Positions 38,515 to 48,151 of a stretch of 64,000 nucleotides of DNA are shown one piece after another. The translations under genes were made by a program, and so were the position numbers. Position 1 is the first letter of the stretch. The number at the start of each line of letters is the position of its first letter. The DNA lies in the IMG/VR virus record IMGVR_UViG_3300029913_000001. One strand, given 5' to 3'. Origin of the DNA: a virus. Its lineage: Duplodnaviria; Caudoviricetes. The notes under the pieces were generated by a model. That model had not been told where the DNA came from and made no database searches. It was given only the letters and a program-made list of their open reading frames with translations.

Positions 38515-39582
38515 TTAAATATTATACCCTGCTAAACGTTTAATTGCCGTGAGGGAATCTTCATCCTGCGGTACTACGGTTTTAACAGCTTTGTCACCAG
38601 TAGATTCACTAATCATCTGTTTTCCAGTAGTAACCTGTTTCTTATTGGTTAATACCGCTGGCAAATATTTGTCGTATGCAGATCGTAATTGCGGAGTCTG
38701 CACAGTTTCTAATAATTGGCTCATTACTGCTTTCTTACTTCTATCTAATGGTGAAAGCAATTCCGAAAGTACGGTTGCCCGCGCCGCTCGGTTATTTAGT
38801 TTAATTAAATTCTGCTCTCTCGACTCAGCTATCTTAGTTGCCTTTGCTAACTTAGTCGTGACTTCATCTAATTTATTCTTAATTTTACGAACTTCTTTAT
38901 TTTCGTTTAAATATGTTCCTGTAAATTCAGTTGCAAAGGCTTCATAGATCTTACGGCCAAAATTATTCTGCCGTGCAATCTTTAGATCACCGTGTAACTG
39001 TGTTAGTTCATGATTTAAAGTTTCGGCAACAATTTTACTTACTGCCTTACTGCTTCTTGCAATGAACTTCTGTTTTAGTGCGGCTAACTGATTCTTTGCT
39101 TCAGAAATTAACTTGACTCTTGTTTCAGCCAAGGTCTTCTTATCTTCTGCAAATTCATTAATCTCTTCTGCTAGTGAACTAAAAACAAACTTTTCTAACT
39201 TTTTCTTATGAGCTTCTGTTAATTTACGCTCTTGCGCAAACTCTGCTAGCTCTTCAGCCAAGGCACGTGTTGCAAATGCATTGAACTTTTTAGCAGCGGA
39301 TTTCATTTCATTAACTGTTTTGAGTTTTAGCTTCGATACCTGATTGCGCTCTTCTTTAACCTGGGATATTTCCTTTGATAAAGTTTCGGCGACCATTTTG
39401 TCAAGTGTCTTGACCATAACTTTTTTATCATGCTCGTAACGCTCGGCGAATTCTTCACGGGTATTAGTCCGAATTTCGGACTTCATCTCCGTTAACTTCG
39501 CCTCCCATGCAGCATTGATGGCAGTTCGAGTCTCTTCATTTATTACTCCACTCTTAAGGAGTGATTCGAGAGCATCCAACAT
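38515..39582 (-). CDS. gp22: Prohead core scaffold (gp22-like)
   Basis: Coiled-coil, directly upstream of the capsid gene; ATAAATA at 39604-39610. Confidence 0.85.
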   Translation of the reverse strand: MLDALESLLKSGVINEETRTAINAAWEAKLTEMKSEIRTNTREEFAERYEHDKKVMVKTLDKMVAETLSKEISQVKEERNQVSKLKLKTVNEMKSAAKKFNAFATRALAEELAEFAQERKLTEAHKKKLEKFVFSSLAEEINEFAEDKKTLAETRVKLISEAKNQLAALKQKFIARSSKAVSKIVAETLNHELTQLHGDLKIARQNNFGRKIYEAFATEFTGTYLNENKEVRKIKNKLDEVTTKLAKATKIAESREQNLIKLNNRAARATVLSELLSPLDRSKKAVMSQLLETVQTPQLRSAYDKYLPAVLTNKKQVTTGKQMISESTGDKAVKTVVPQDEDSLTAIKRLAGYNI

Positions 39583-39655
39583 AATTTAATCTCCTATTGC
39601 TTTTATTTATTACCGGCTTAAAAATATATGTTATTAAGCCGATTTTTCGTGTAAT

Positions 39656-39970
39656 TTACTCGGTATCTTCATCCCCACCTAAGTCTTCTAACTCAGCGAT
39701 TGTATCTTCCATTGTGCATCCAGCTTTTCCCATGTACTCATGCTCATTACTTAAAGCCATTTTAATATTTGCATACCAATATGATTTAGCACGGGAAACA
39801 ATATGATCTCCCCCAGGAATTCGCCGTACTTGATTCAATGCTTGATCAATTCTCTCTACTAGTTCGGACATTTCTTCCCAGCATTCGGATAACTCTGATA
39901 ATGTTTCTCCGCCGTCAAAAGATTCCTTAACCAACTTTTTATATTTTGTTATTTCCTCGATTAAATTCAT
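39656..39970 (-). CDS. MNLIEEITKY-leader protein
   Basis: GGAG Shine-Dalgarno; shared leader. Confidence 0.7.
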   Translation of the reverse strand: MNLIEEITKYKKLVKESFDGGETLSELSECWEEMSELVERIDQALNQVRRIPGGDHIVSRAKSYWYANIKMALSNEHEYMGKAGCTMEDTIAELEDLGGDEDTE

Positions 39971-39972
39971 TA

Positions 39973-40464
39973 TTATCTCCTGTTGCATTCATCAATCTTT
40001 AATTTGCCTTTCTTTGAAAACGGCCCCGGTGTTACTTTTGATTCGTCGATCAATTCCCAATTTTCCTCAAAATTTTGAACTTTGTCCCAATCTTTATTTT
40101 TAACAGCATTGCGATATTCTATTACTTCTTTTTCTGATGGAACTCGAAACTTATCCCCAGAATGACTTGTTATAATTCTTTCGCCACCGTTACCTAAAGG
40201 CATTGATCCTGTAGGTACTGATTCTTTAATCGATCCCCATTTATTTTTCTGTTTTGCACGAATGGCAAATGTAAGTTGATGCTCTTTTTTCTTAAGAACT
40301 TCTGTCTTATTTGGATTTTTCTTGCATTTAGCTAATTCGGCCTTTAACTCAGAAAGAGTATAATTTTTCCATTTACCCTCATCTTTTTTCTTGGTGGCCA
40401 TCTTCTCATTCCAAGACTCGTTTAAAACATTTTGATATTTTGTTATTTCTTCAAGTAAATCCAT
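39973..40464 (-). CDS. MDLLEEITKY-leader protein
   Basis: GAGGAG Shine-Dalgarno; shared leader. Confidence 0.75.
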   Translation of the reverse strand: MDLLEEITKYQNVLNESWNEKMATKKKDEGKWKNYTLSELKAELAKCKKNPNKTEVLKKKEHQLTFAIRAKQKNKWGSIKESVPTGSMPLGNGGERIITSHSGDKFRVPSEKEVIEYRNAVKNKDWDKVQNFEENWELIDESKVTPGPFSKKGKLKIDECNRR

Positions 40465-40480
40465 GTTGGCTCCTCAGTTC

Positions 40481-41041
40481 TTAATCATAATACGATGGTG
40501 TATATTTACGTGTCTTCGGTTTTTTAACCTGTCTAACTCCGTGTTTAACTAACCAATCAGCAAATTCTTTAACATTAGTAAATCCAGTAGATTTTAAATT
40601 ATCTTTTCCATTCATAAACCATGCTTCTGGATTATGAGAGGAAATATCTTGTACTACTAATCTAACTGGGCTAAACAAATAAAATTCTAATTCATCTACA
40701 TCTGCCGGGCCAACCTTACTAATCGTTAAATCTGATATAACTCGAAAGACTTGTTTTTCTTTCGGATCTGTAAAATCTTTTGGATATTTCATACGCGTTT
40801 CAAGCGACGATAATTCAGCCATTTCATAATCATATTTGTTATAATAATGATCAACAGTATTTTCATCTTGAGGACCATTAAGAAATTTAATTATAATTTT
40901 TGCATCACGTAGTGGCAATCGAATACCATACTCTTTTCCAATGGAAATCAATTCTTCCGGAGTTTTTCCTGCTAATGGCCTAGGCACCGATGATTCCAAT
41001 ATAACTCGTTTATAATTTTGAATTTCTTCTATTAGATTCAT
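40481..41041 (-). CDS. MNLIEEIQNY-leader protein
   Basis: AAGGA Shine-Dalgarno; shared leader. Confidence 0.75.
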   Translation of the reverse strand: MNLIEEIQNYKRVILESSVPRPLAGKTPEELISIGKEYGIRLPLRDAKIIIKFLNGPQDENTVDHYYNKYDYEMAELSSLETRMKYPKDFTDPKEKQVFRVISDLTISKVGPADVDELEFYLFSPVRLVVQDISSHNPEAWFMNGKDNLKSTGFTNVKEFADWLVKHGVRQVKKPKTRKYTPSYYD

Positions 41042-41051
41042 AAAAAATTCC

Positions 41052-41456
41052 TTATTTAATATATTCTTTACCTTTATTTAAAATAATATTAAATTTATCT
41101 AAATATTTCTGAGCTCGCTCTGGATTATCAAAATCAAAATAAACAGGTAGATGAGTATTTCCCGTATGAATAATTTCAACTTCATTTGTTAACCGATCAT
41201 ATTTTGTGATAATAAATTCCATTCCGGCGACATCCTTATCAACGCCATTAGAATATCTTGTAAATTCCGAATTGGGTGCAGTTTTACCAGGACCACTGAA
41301 AGCCTTTTCAAATGGGTGCTCTGCAACATTTAATGGAAGATGGGTGGTATGTGTCTTAATATGCTCATTCTCTTCTTTATAGGAACGAGGAGTAAACTCA
41401 TCTTCCGATTCATTTAATATAGATCGATAATTTTGCATTTCTTCTAATAAATTCAT
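41052..41456 (-). CDS. MNLLEEMQNY-leader protein
   Basis: Start refined to 41456 from the shared leader. Confidence 0.75.
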   Translation of the reverse strand: MNLLEEMQNYRSILNESEDEFTPRSYKEENEHIKTHTTHLPLNVAEHPFEKAFSGPGKTAPNSEFTRYSNGVDKDVAGMEFIITKYDRLTNEVEIIHTGNTHLPVYFDFDNPERAQKYLDKFNIILNKGKEYIK

Positions 41457-41457
41457 A

Positions 41458-42189
41458 TTACCATGCCTCACGAGAATTTTCATCGTCAAATTGACGAGCT
41501 GCTTCTTGTTTCCAACCACCGGGATCTCTATCAATCGGCTGTTGAGCTATTTCTTTTTCTAATGTAAGTCGAATAGTTTGAAGTGTGTTTATAAACTCGA
41601 TACCCATATCACTAGAAGCATCGATATGATATAGTTTACCATTAACGAACTTTAATAACTCTGGTAAACCACCATCAAGCGGCTCTTCCCAAGCCTCATT
41701 AGCCAAAGATTCTTTAAGCGTGTGTTTTAAAAATTCTTTTGAAAAACTTATTGACTCGTAATATCTATCACCATAAGCTCTCAACTTATCTGATTTTCTG
41801 CCAAATATTCCAATCTTTGCTAATCCATCATATAACTTATTTTTTTCATATGCTGCTAGAATATCACCATTGACCGCTTTTCTAAGTGCGGGAAGAATTT
41901 TTCCTATTCGTTCATATGCTACATCTGGACCATTATCGGTTATAGTTCTATAAACTACCAATTTTTCTAGCTCTAACTGAGGATTTTTAGCATGACTAAT
42001 ATCTCCCCAATAACCATAGCAATCGGGGTCCTGTTCTTTAGAAATTTTAACAGCTTTCGGATATCTTTTTGTACACAAAAATATACTAGGATATTTTTTT
42101 GCTAACTCGATTGGGGTCAAGTGGGCTTTTTTAACTGCCCCTTCTATTAATATTCCTCGATAATTCTGAATTTCTTCTAATAAATTCAT
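41458..42189 (-). CDS. MNLLEEIQNY-leader protein
   Basis: AGGAG Shine-Dalgarno; shared leader. Confidence 0.75.
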   Translation of the reverse strand: MNLLEEIQNYRGILIEGAVKKAHLTPIELAKKYPSIFLCTKRYPKAVKISKEQDPDCYGYWGDISHAKNPQLELEKLVVYRTITDNGPDVAYERIGKILPALRKAVNGDILAAYEKNKLYDGLAKIGIFGRKSDKLRAYGDRYYESISFSKEFLKHTLKESLANEAWEEPLDGGLPELLKFVNGKLYHIDASSDMGIEFINTLQTIRLTLEKEIAQQPIDRDPGGWKQEAARQFDDENSREAW

Positions 42190-42197
42190 GATTTCTC

Positions 42198-42848
42198 CTA
42201 ATTTAGTTTCAATTCATTAATGAATCGAGTTAATTCTTCTTTAAGGTAGCGTTGAACTTTTGGGTTCGATTTAACTTCAGCCGCCATTTCAAAAACATCA
42301 TCACCATTTTTACGGAAGTTACGCAGGCCTTCATATACAGGGATGGGGAACGCATTCGGAGCCGATGGCTGGGCGACTACATCAACAGTAACAATTTCAA
42401 AGTCGCTAACGTAACCACTACTCTCATTAACATTACCCGAACCGCGAGAACTAACCCCCAATTTACACCCACTCTCAAGAATAGTCTTAATAATATTACC
42501 CATTGGGGTAGGAATAATCTTTAATTTACCGCAGCCATTTGCACCTTCCATCCACATCGAGGAAATAGAGTGACTAATACGATCTATATTAATATTTAGA
42601 CCAGTTGGATGGTCTCCTTCTCCGAAAATTGGAGCCCCCGATTCAATCAAGGTATTCATCGCCGTAACGGCTCTTTTAATTTCTGTTACCGGATAAATTC
42701 TCTGATTATAGTTTCTAACATCGCCTTGAATGAAGATTCCCTTCATATACAGATCTTTTTGCTTCTGCCCAGACGCATTAACTGATTCTGCCACTTCAGT
42801 TATCATTGTTGCGGGATTTTGATATTCAAACAACGGAATCTTATTCAT
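42198..42848 (-). CDS. gp21: Prohead protease (gp21-like)
   Basis: GIFIQ....N.N.RIYP, GE.DHP, GVSSRG.G, D.V..PSAP.A motifs. Confidence 0.97.
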   Translation of the reverse strand: MNKIPLFEYQNPATMITEVAESVNASGQKQKDLYMKGIFIQGDVRNYNQRIYPVTEIKRAVTAMNTLIESGAPIFGEGDHPTGLNINIDRISHSISSMWMEGANGCGKLKIIPTPMGNIIKTILESGCKLGVSSRGSGNVNESSGYVSDFEIVTVDVVAQPSAPNAFPIPVYEGLRNFRKNGDDVFEMAAEVKSNPKVQRYLKEELTRFINELKLN

Positions 42849-42897
42849 AGTATTACCTCTATTATTATTTATAGTATTACCTCTATTATTATTTATA
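42847..42897 (-). repeat. Perfect 24-bp tandem duplication of late promoter plus Shine-Dalgarno
   Basis: Two copies of TATAAATAATAATAGAGGTAATAC immediately before the gp21 start. Confidence 0.92.
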
Positions 42898-42931
42898 CAA
42901 TCTTATTAATTTAACTATCGGCGCAAAAAAT

Positions 42932-42960
42932 AATGGGAAGGTAAAATACCCTTCCCATTT
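42932..42960 (-). terminator. Hairpin after the acidic core gene
   Basis: AATGGGAAGG...CCTTCCCATT. Confidence 0.65.
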
Positions 42961-42983
42961 AAATTACTCGTTATCAATGTTAT

Positions 42984-43856
42984 TTAAAGAACACTTTTTT
43001 TATTTGTTCCTTCGCTATCTCCGGTTTTCTTGACAGATGGACCGGGCTTTAATCGGGCCTTGCCACCGGGTACATTAACTACATCTGGTGTAAACTTGCC
43101 GGACGTTGGTGTTGGACGCCCCTTTTCAGGACTGCCACCCTGAGCAATATTCTTGGCAGAAATGCCCTTAACAATCTCATTCTTACCAGCAACAGGAGAC
43201 TTTTTCTGTGTACTCGGCTCTTCTGTTGAATTGGCAAGACCTTTGGTTACCTTTTCTACATACTCACGGATAACACTTTCGTCTACCGGCTCTTCATCAT
43301 CTTCATCATCCAAGTCGTCTTCCTCATCTTCAGACTCAGTTTCAGTTTCGTCATCGTTATCGTCAGACTCGGTTTCAGTTTCAGTTTCGGTTTCGGTCTC
43401 ATCTGAGAATTCGTCTTCATCTTCGAAGTCATCGTCGAGATCTTCGGTGTCGTCTAGATCTAGATCTTCTGCTTCGGTATCTAATGAAGCATCTTCAGAC
43501 TCATCGTCACCATCCACCTGTAATTCATCAAATTCTGCCTTAAGAGCATCAAACTCGTTCTCAAGATCGGAAAGACGATCATCGACTTCGGGTGTTAGTT
43601 CTTCGTCTTCTAGATCAGAATCAGCAAGAACGTCAGATTTAAGATCATCCTGCTCGTCTCCGCCAAACTCATCTAACTCGTGGGAAGTTTCGTCTGACTC
43701 AACTTCATCAAAGTTTCTAGAAGTATCGCCGTCTAAATCTAGATCCTCATAAATTTTACGACTCTTGTCAACAACGATGCTATGAAAAAGTCGGCGAGCC
43801 TTTTTCTCATCATTTGCAACTACATATTCGATAAGTTTTTCAAACTTAGATGCCAT
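42984..43856 (-). CDS. Highly acidic prohead core protein (gp67/gp22-like)
   Basis: Long Asp/Glu tract then VIREYVEKV; start refined to MASKFEK. Confidence 0.7.
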   Translation of the reverse strand: MASKFEKLIEYVVANDEKKARRLFHSIVVDKSRKIYEDLDLDGDTSRNFDEVESDETSHELDEFGGDEQDDLKSDVLADSDLEDEELTPEVDDRLSDLENEFDALKAEFDELQVDGDDESEDASLDTEAEDLDLDDTEDLDDDFEDEDEFSDETETETETETESDDNDDETETESEDEEDDLDDEDDEEPVDESVIREYVEKVTKGLANSTEEPSTQKKSPVAGKNEIVKGISAKNIAQGGSPEKGRPTPTSGKFTPDVVNVPGGKARLKPGPSVKKTGDSEGTNKKSVL

Positions 43857-44022
43857 TGTATTCTCCTTTAATCTAACAAACTTCTTTGATGTATTTACTT
43901 TCACTTAATATTTTTTAGGCTATAAGCGAGCTAATTTAGTATTTTCCTTAAAAAATCTAAATCCACTATAATTGTATTTACCTTCAATTTTATAAATCCA
44001 TTATATAAAAGCAGATTTGTTA

Positions 44023-44883
44023 TTACTTTTCTTTTATTTCTTTCCATTCATTAACTAACGCTTTTATTTTTTCTACATTTCCAAGAGCTCTAAAATATCT
44101 GTTCGATAAATTACCATTAGATTTATAATTTTCTTGATTATCCCAAATACGACTTATAATCTTCTGGTTATTTTCTACGGTTACAAATGGGTGCCAAATA
44201 TGAGATACAGAACTCGGTAATGTTTTATGTGGGCCGTAAAGTGTGTCCATTACCCGCATTGCGGTAACATCTTCCCCTCCCCAACCACGAAATCTTTCAT
44301 CCCAGCCACCGGTAATTTTAAAAGCCTCCCTTGGCATAATTTGAAATAATGCACCATAACGATGCCCATGGACCGACCCAGACAACCCATTAAAATCTTT
44401 AGTTATTAAAATTTCATCGGTTTCGGGCTCATGATATTTATTATTTGAATTTGTTTGTAACAATTTTTTTGATGCAGATTCATTCAATCGAAAAAATTTT
44501 CTATATGGTATAAACCAGAGCGTATGTTTTTTCTTTCTTGCTTTTCTAATCTCCATAGCACATTTTAACACCGAATCGGTTGATATATATCCATCGGCGT
44601 CCGCAATAACAAAAATATCTCCCAATGCTCTTTTAGCAGCATAATTAACCGCACAGGCTTTTGAAAAGGGTTGGTTATTTATATTAACTTTTTCATCGAT
44701 TCCCATAATAATTTCTGCGCCCGGCAAATGAAATTTCCAATATTCATATAACCAGTTCCAATTTAGAGTTCGTTGATTAGCTGAAGGCGAAGAATAAAAT
44801 GGAACCAGAATGCTAATACCATTGCCTTTCAAGCAAAAAAATTTTGCGATAGTAAATTTAATTAGTTGGTAATTAATTTTCAT
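44023..44883 (-). CDS. Glycosyltransferase (GT-A fold, GT2/GT7-like)
   Basis: ILVPF, FSKA.AVN, IADAD, GGWDE.F.GWGGED motifs. Confidence 0.85.
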   Translation of the reverse strand: MKINYQLIKFTIAKFFCLKGNGISILVPFYSSPSANQRTLNWNWLYEYWKFHLPGAEIIMGIDEKVNINNQPFSKACAVNYAAKRALGDIFVIADADGYISTDSVLKCAMEIRKARKKKHTLWFIPYRKFFRLNESASKKLLQTNSNNKYHEPETDEILITKDFNGLSGSVHGHRYGALFQIMPREAFKITGGWDERFRGWGGEDVTAMRVMDTLYGPHKTLPSSVSHIWHPFVTVENNQKIISRIWDNQENYKSNGNLSNRYFRALGNVEKIKALVNEWKEIKEK

Positions 44884-45644
44884 ATAACTTTTCCTAATTC
44901 TCGAAGTGCATCATAAATTGAAAATTTGACTTCTTCGACAAGAACTCTAGATGGTTCAACCATTTTTCCTAACTCAAATGGCGTTCTAATTGACGCGCTA
45001 TAATCTCGAAATTTAAATAAGCCGCCTTCATTCGCCATTTTTTCGCAAAGTTCTACACGCCGTGGAATTCCGCCAAATGAATCAGCCACAATCATTCCAT
45101 GTAAAGAAGACGTAACTATTCTACGACTAGCACCGATTTCACTAATCACCTGTAACGGCGGATCTAAAGGATTAATTACCTTAATAGAAAATTTATTTGG
45201 AATTAATTTTTTAAATCGACTAACTAATTCTGTATCTCGCCAATGAGGGACAATTCCCAAATCCCATTGTTTTTTAATTGGCTCAATTAATTCATTTGCT
45301 AATATACCAGGATCGCCCAATGTAAAATTACCGCTAAACCCTCTAGCAGATAATGGGCCGCGCAAAGCTAAAATTTTTGCAGTTGAACCAAACGAGCCCA
45401 ATCTCGAATTCTCAAATAATTTTCCCGACCCCACAATGTAACCATCCCAGTCAGGAGGAATATATTCTAAAATTGATCCGCAAACCGTAACCAATGATCT
45501 CGAAATGGTATCTCTTTCCACTTGTTTAATATCGGCAAACCGCGAAAGAATCAACGGAGTTAACGCATCCCCAAAATTAGGCATTTTATTCCACCAAAAC
45601 GCTTTAATTGAAGAGTTTGCTCTAAAAAATTTTGAAAGAATCAT
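44880..45644 (-). CDS. Polysaccharide pyruvyltransferase-like protein
   Basis: NFGD, GSIL, LRGPLS, GDPG, SSLHG.I.ADSFG motifs. Confidence 0.8.
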   Translation of the reverse strand: MILSKFFRANSSIKAFWWNKMPNFGDALTPLILSRFADIKQVERDTISRSLVTVCGSILEYIPPDWDGYIVGSGKLFENSRLGSFGSTAKILALRGPLSARGFSGNFTLGDPGILANELIEPIKKQWDLGIVPHWRDTELVSRFKKLIPNKFSIKVINPLDPPLQVISEIGASRRIVTSSLHGMIVADSFGGIPRRVELCEKMANEGGLFKFRDYSASIRTPFELGKMVEPSRVLVEEVKFSIYDALRELGKVI

Positions 45645-45688
45645 CGAGTATCCACTTTTAATCTATATTTGGGAATTAGACGTGCGTT

Positions 45689-45913
45689 TTACATTACCCC
45701 GGCGCCGGCGGCTGGAGCTCCATATTGTCGTTGAATATCTTCTAGGTTTTGCTGCATTTCAAATTTACGAACATCATCAATTTTACGCAATTGATTAATA
45801 TGGCCGAGAGTTAAACGTACCTTTCTAAGATCGTTAAGACGAGGAATTTCTTGATCATCCTGCGGATTCTCATAGCCCTTATCATATTCGCCGAACATTT
45901 CATCTAGAATCAT
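45689..45913 (-). CDS. Small head-region protein
   Basis: RK.RLTL..INQLRK motif; position next to the portal cluster. Confidence 0.65.
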   Translation of the reverse strand: MILDEMFGEYDKGYENPQDDQEIPRLNDLRKVRLTLGHINQLRKIDDVRKFEMQQNLEDIQRQYGAPAAGAGVM

Positions 45914-45923
45914 AAATTCACCA

Positions 45924-46253
45924 TTAATTATTATCTATTTCTTTTTTAAATCGATCAATTTCATACTGAGCATCAATTAAATTAGTTTCATCTATTATCC
46001 AAGGATTGGAACTCATCGTAGTCCCATCAGATGCACTATTTGCCGCCTCTACTTGTTGAATCGATCCATCTATTGCTTTAAAAATTAATAATGCAGCAGA
46101 GTCTTCATATCCCGACCAATAATCAAAATAAATTATAGAATCTATTAAATCTATATCAGCGTCCGGCCAAATTTCTTTAATAGATTCTATATCGGTTAAT
46201 GAAATATTTTCGGTTATTTTTCGATATTTTTGTATTTCTTCTAATAAATTCAT
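45924..46253 (-). CDS. MNLLEEIQKY-leader protein
   Basis: AAGGA Shine-Dalgarno, ATAAATA upstream; shared leader. Confidence 0.7.
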   Translation of the reverse strand: MNLLEEIQKYRKITENISLTDIESIKEIWPDADIDLIDSIIYFDYWSGYEDSAALLIFKAIDGSIQQVEAANSASDGTTMSSNPWIIDETNLIDAQYEIDRFKKEIDNN

Positions 46254-46287
46254 AATCCTTCCTAAGTTATTTATCAATTAATTACTA

Positions 46288-48045
46288 TTATGCTCCGGGA
46301 GTTGCTGCGGCTGAAGCTTCGGCTGTACCGGCAGTGGGAACATTCCCTCCTCCACCCATAGCGCCGGCTTCTTCCGATCCTCCGGGCATTTCGCTACTCT
46401 CTTCACCCATACCCATATCTTCTCCTCCACCAAAAGTTTCCATGTCGCCTTCTATACCGCCTGGAGTTATACCTATATTCCTGAAATCAGATGGTTCCGA
46501 CGAATATTGCTCTGGTGAAATATTTTCTTCACGCCACATTTCCTGATTTTCTAATAACTCATCTGGTTTCAATCCTAAGAATCGAGTCATTAACCAGCGT
46601 TTTGAAAAATATGGATATGCTTCTAATTGAGTGAATGTGTTAATTTTAGCCGAATCCAATTCTGCTTGACGATAACTTGCAAAATTTTGAGGAGGAGTAA
46701 ATTCTAATTGAAAAATACTCGAATCAATATTAATTCCACAAAATTTTAAATACGCTTTAAACTCTACATCCAATGGGCCGCAAATAAGTTTTTGTAATCT
46801 CTGGCAATATTGATTAAATCTAAATTCTTGAATTAATGCCGTTCCCACCCTACCATCGTTTAATGTTGCGGAACTTTCCTCTGGACCGGTTGGCAAATAA
46901 CTACTAGGAATACGAAGGCCACGCATCATCTTATTGTTAAAATACAAAAGATCGGAAATTTGGCCCAAGTTTTCTCCGCCTGGAAGAATTTCAACAGAAC
47001 TGCCTCGCCCTGCAGCGGTTTGTGGGAAAAAGAAATCTGCATTCGGAGGAAGACCTTGATAAGAACTATCCATGAAATTTTCGTTACCGGCTCTTCCAGG
47101 AATTCTCCGTTGATGCATCTCATTCTTAACTTTTTCCATAAACTGCATAGCCATGTGGCTAGGCATATCACCAACATCGATTTTGAAAACTCTACGTTCA
47201 GGTGCTCGTTGAACACGATAAATCAAAATTGAATCTTCTAATAGTTCTTTTTGTTTAAAAACTTTGAAAATTAATTCAAGAATACTATTACCAAACGGCC
47301 AATTAGGATCTAATCCCTCGGTTAATGATAAATGAAGAATATTAGTTGCGTCGATACAATTCTCGTTTTGCCCATGTACAAACCGGCTACTAGAACTATT
47401 GGGACTATTCGGCATATTATAACCAGAACCTGATGAAGAATATCCTGGCCCAGATGGGACAACATTATATAGATTATTCGAAGCTACCTGTGTTATTGTT
47501 AAATTTTGAAAATTAGGATTAATATTTCTAATTATATATTGCTCTGGCTTTTTCCCGTCACTTTCATTAACAATAACCTTAATAACCTGATCCATTTCAA
47601 CATAAAATAATTTAAACGTTTCGGGATCCCGAATAAATACTTGGTCGCCGTATTTTAAAACATTTCGAAACAATCTAAATGCCCGTTTATTAAATTCATT
47701 AAGATAATACCAAGACTGAAGTTGTTTATCAATTAATTTAGATTCAGTTTCTGTTGGAGTATCTTTATATTTAATAGTAAAGCACATATGATTTTGCTCG
47801 TCTGCTTGCGTACTAAACTCAGCCAAAATATCTAGCGCTGAATTTACCTCACTATCGCAATCCATTCCTTCCCAGCTTTGGTATCGAGAAATGCGATTTG
47901 GGCAGCCTACGTAGGACTCAGGAATCATATTCGGATATGAATTTGTAGCGATTGCATCTTCGCCTGTATTAGACTTTCGGCGATGAGTCAACGGACTATC
48001 AATACCCGATTCATTTCGTGCTAATTTGAAATATTTTTTCCACAT
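46288..48045 (-). CDS. gp20: Portal protein (gp20-like)
   Basis: LLEDSILIYRVQRAPERRVFKIDVG, DFFFP, RG..VE.LPGG.NLG motifs. Confidence 0.98.
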   Translation of the reverse strand: MWKKYFKLARNESGIDSPLTHRRKSNTGEDAIATNSYPNMIPESYVGCPNRISRYQSWEGMDCDSEVNSALDILAEFSTQADEQNHMCFTIKYKDTPTETESKLIDKQLQSWYYLNEFNKRAFRLFRNVLKYGDQVFIRDPETFKLFYVEMDQVIKVIVNESDGKKPEQYIIRNINPNFQNLTITQVASNNLYNVVPSGPGYSSSGSGYNMPNSPNSSSSRFVHGQNENCIDATNILHLSLTEGLDPNWPFGNSILELIFKVFKQKELLEDSILIYRVQRAPERRVFKIDVGDMPSHMAMQFMEKVKNEMHQRRIPGRAGNENFMDSSYQGLPPNADFFFPQTAAGRGSSVEILPGGENLGQISDLLYFNNKMMRGLRIPSSYLPTGPEESSATLNDGRVGTALIQEFRFNQYCQRLQKLICGPLDVEFKAYLKFCGINIDSSIFQLEFTPPQNFASYRQAELDSAKINTFTQLEAYPYFSKRWLMTRFLGLKPDELLENQEMWREENISPEQYSSEPSDFRNIGITPGGIEGDMETFGGGEDMGMGEESSEMPGGSEEAGAMGGGGNVPTAGTAEASAAATPGA

Positions 48046-48151
48046 AATTTTAAATTATTTCCTTAAATTGCCGCGATTTTCGACAACTTCATTAGATTAA
48101 ATTAACTCCAAAATTTTCAGATTTAATCATTTTATCCTTGTATTCTATTTA

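Noticed and set aside
43153-43752. 199-aa Ser-rich + strand ORF
   Set aside because: Antisense shadow of the Asp/Glu-rich core gene; no promoter or Shine-Dalgarno.
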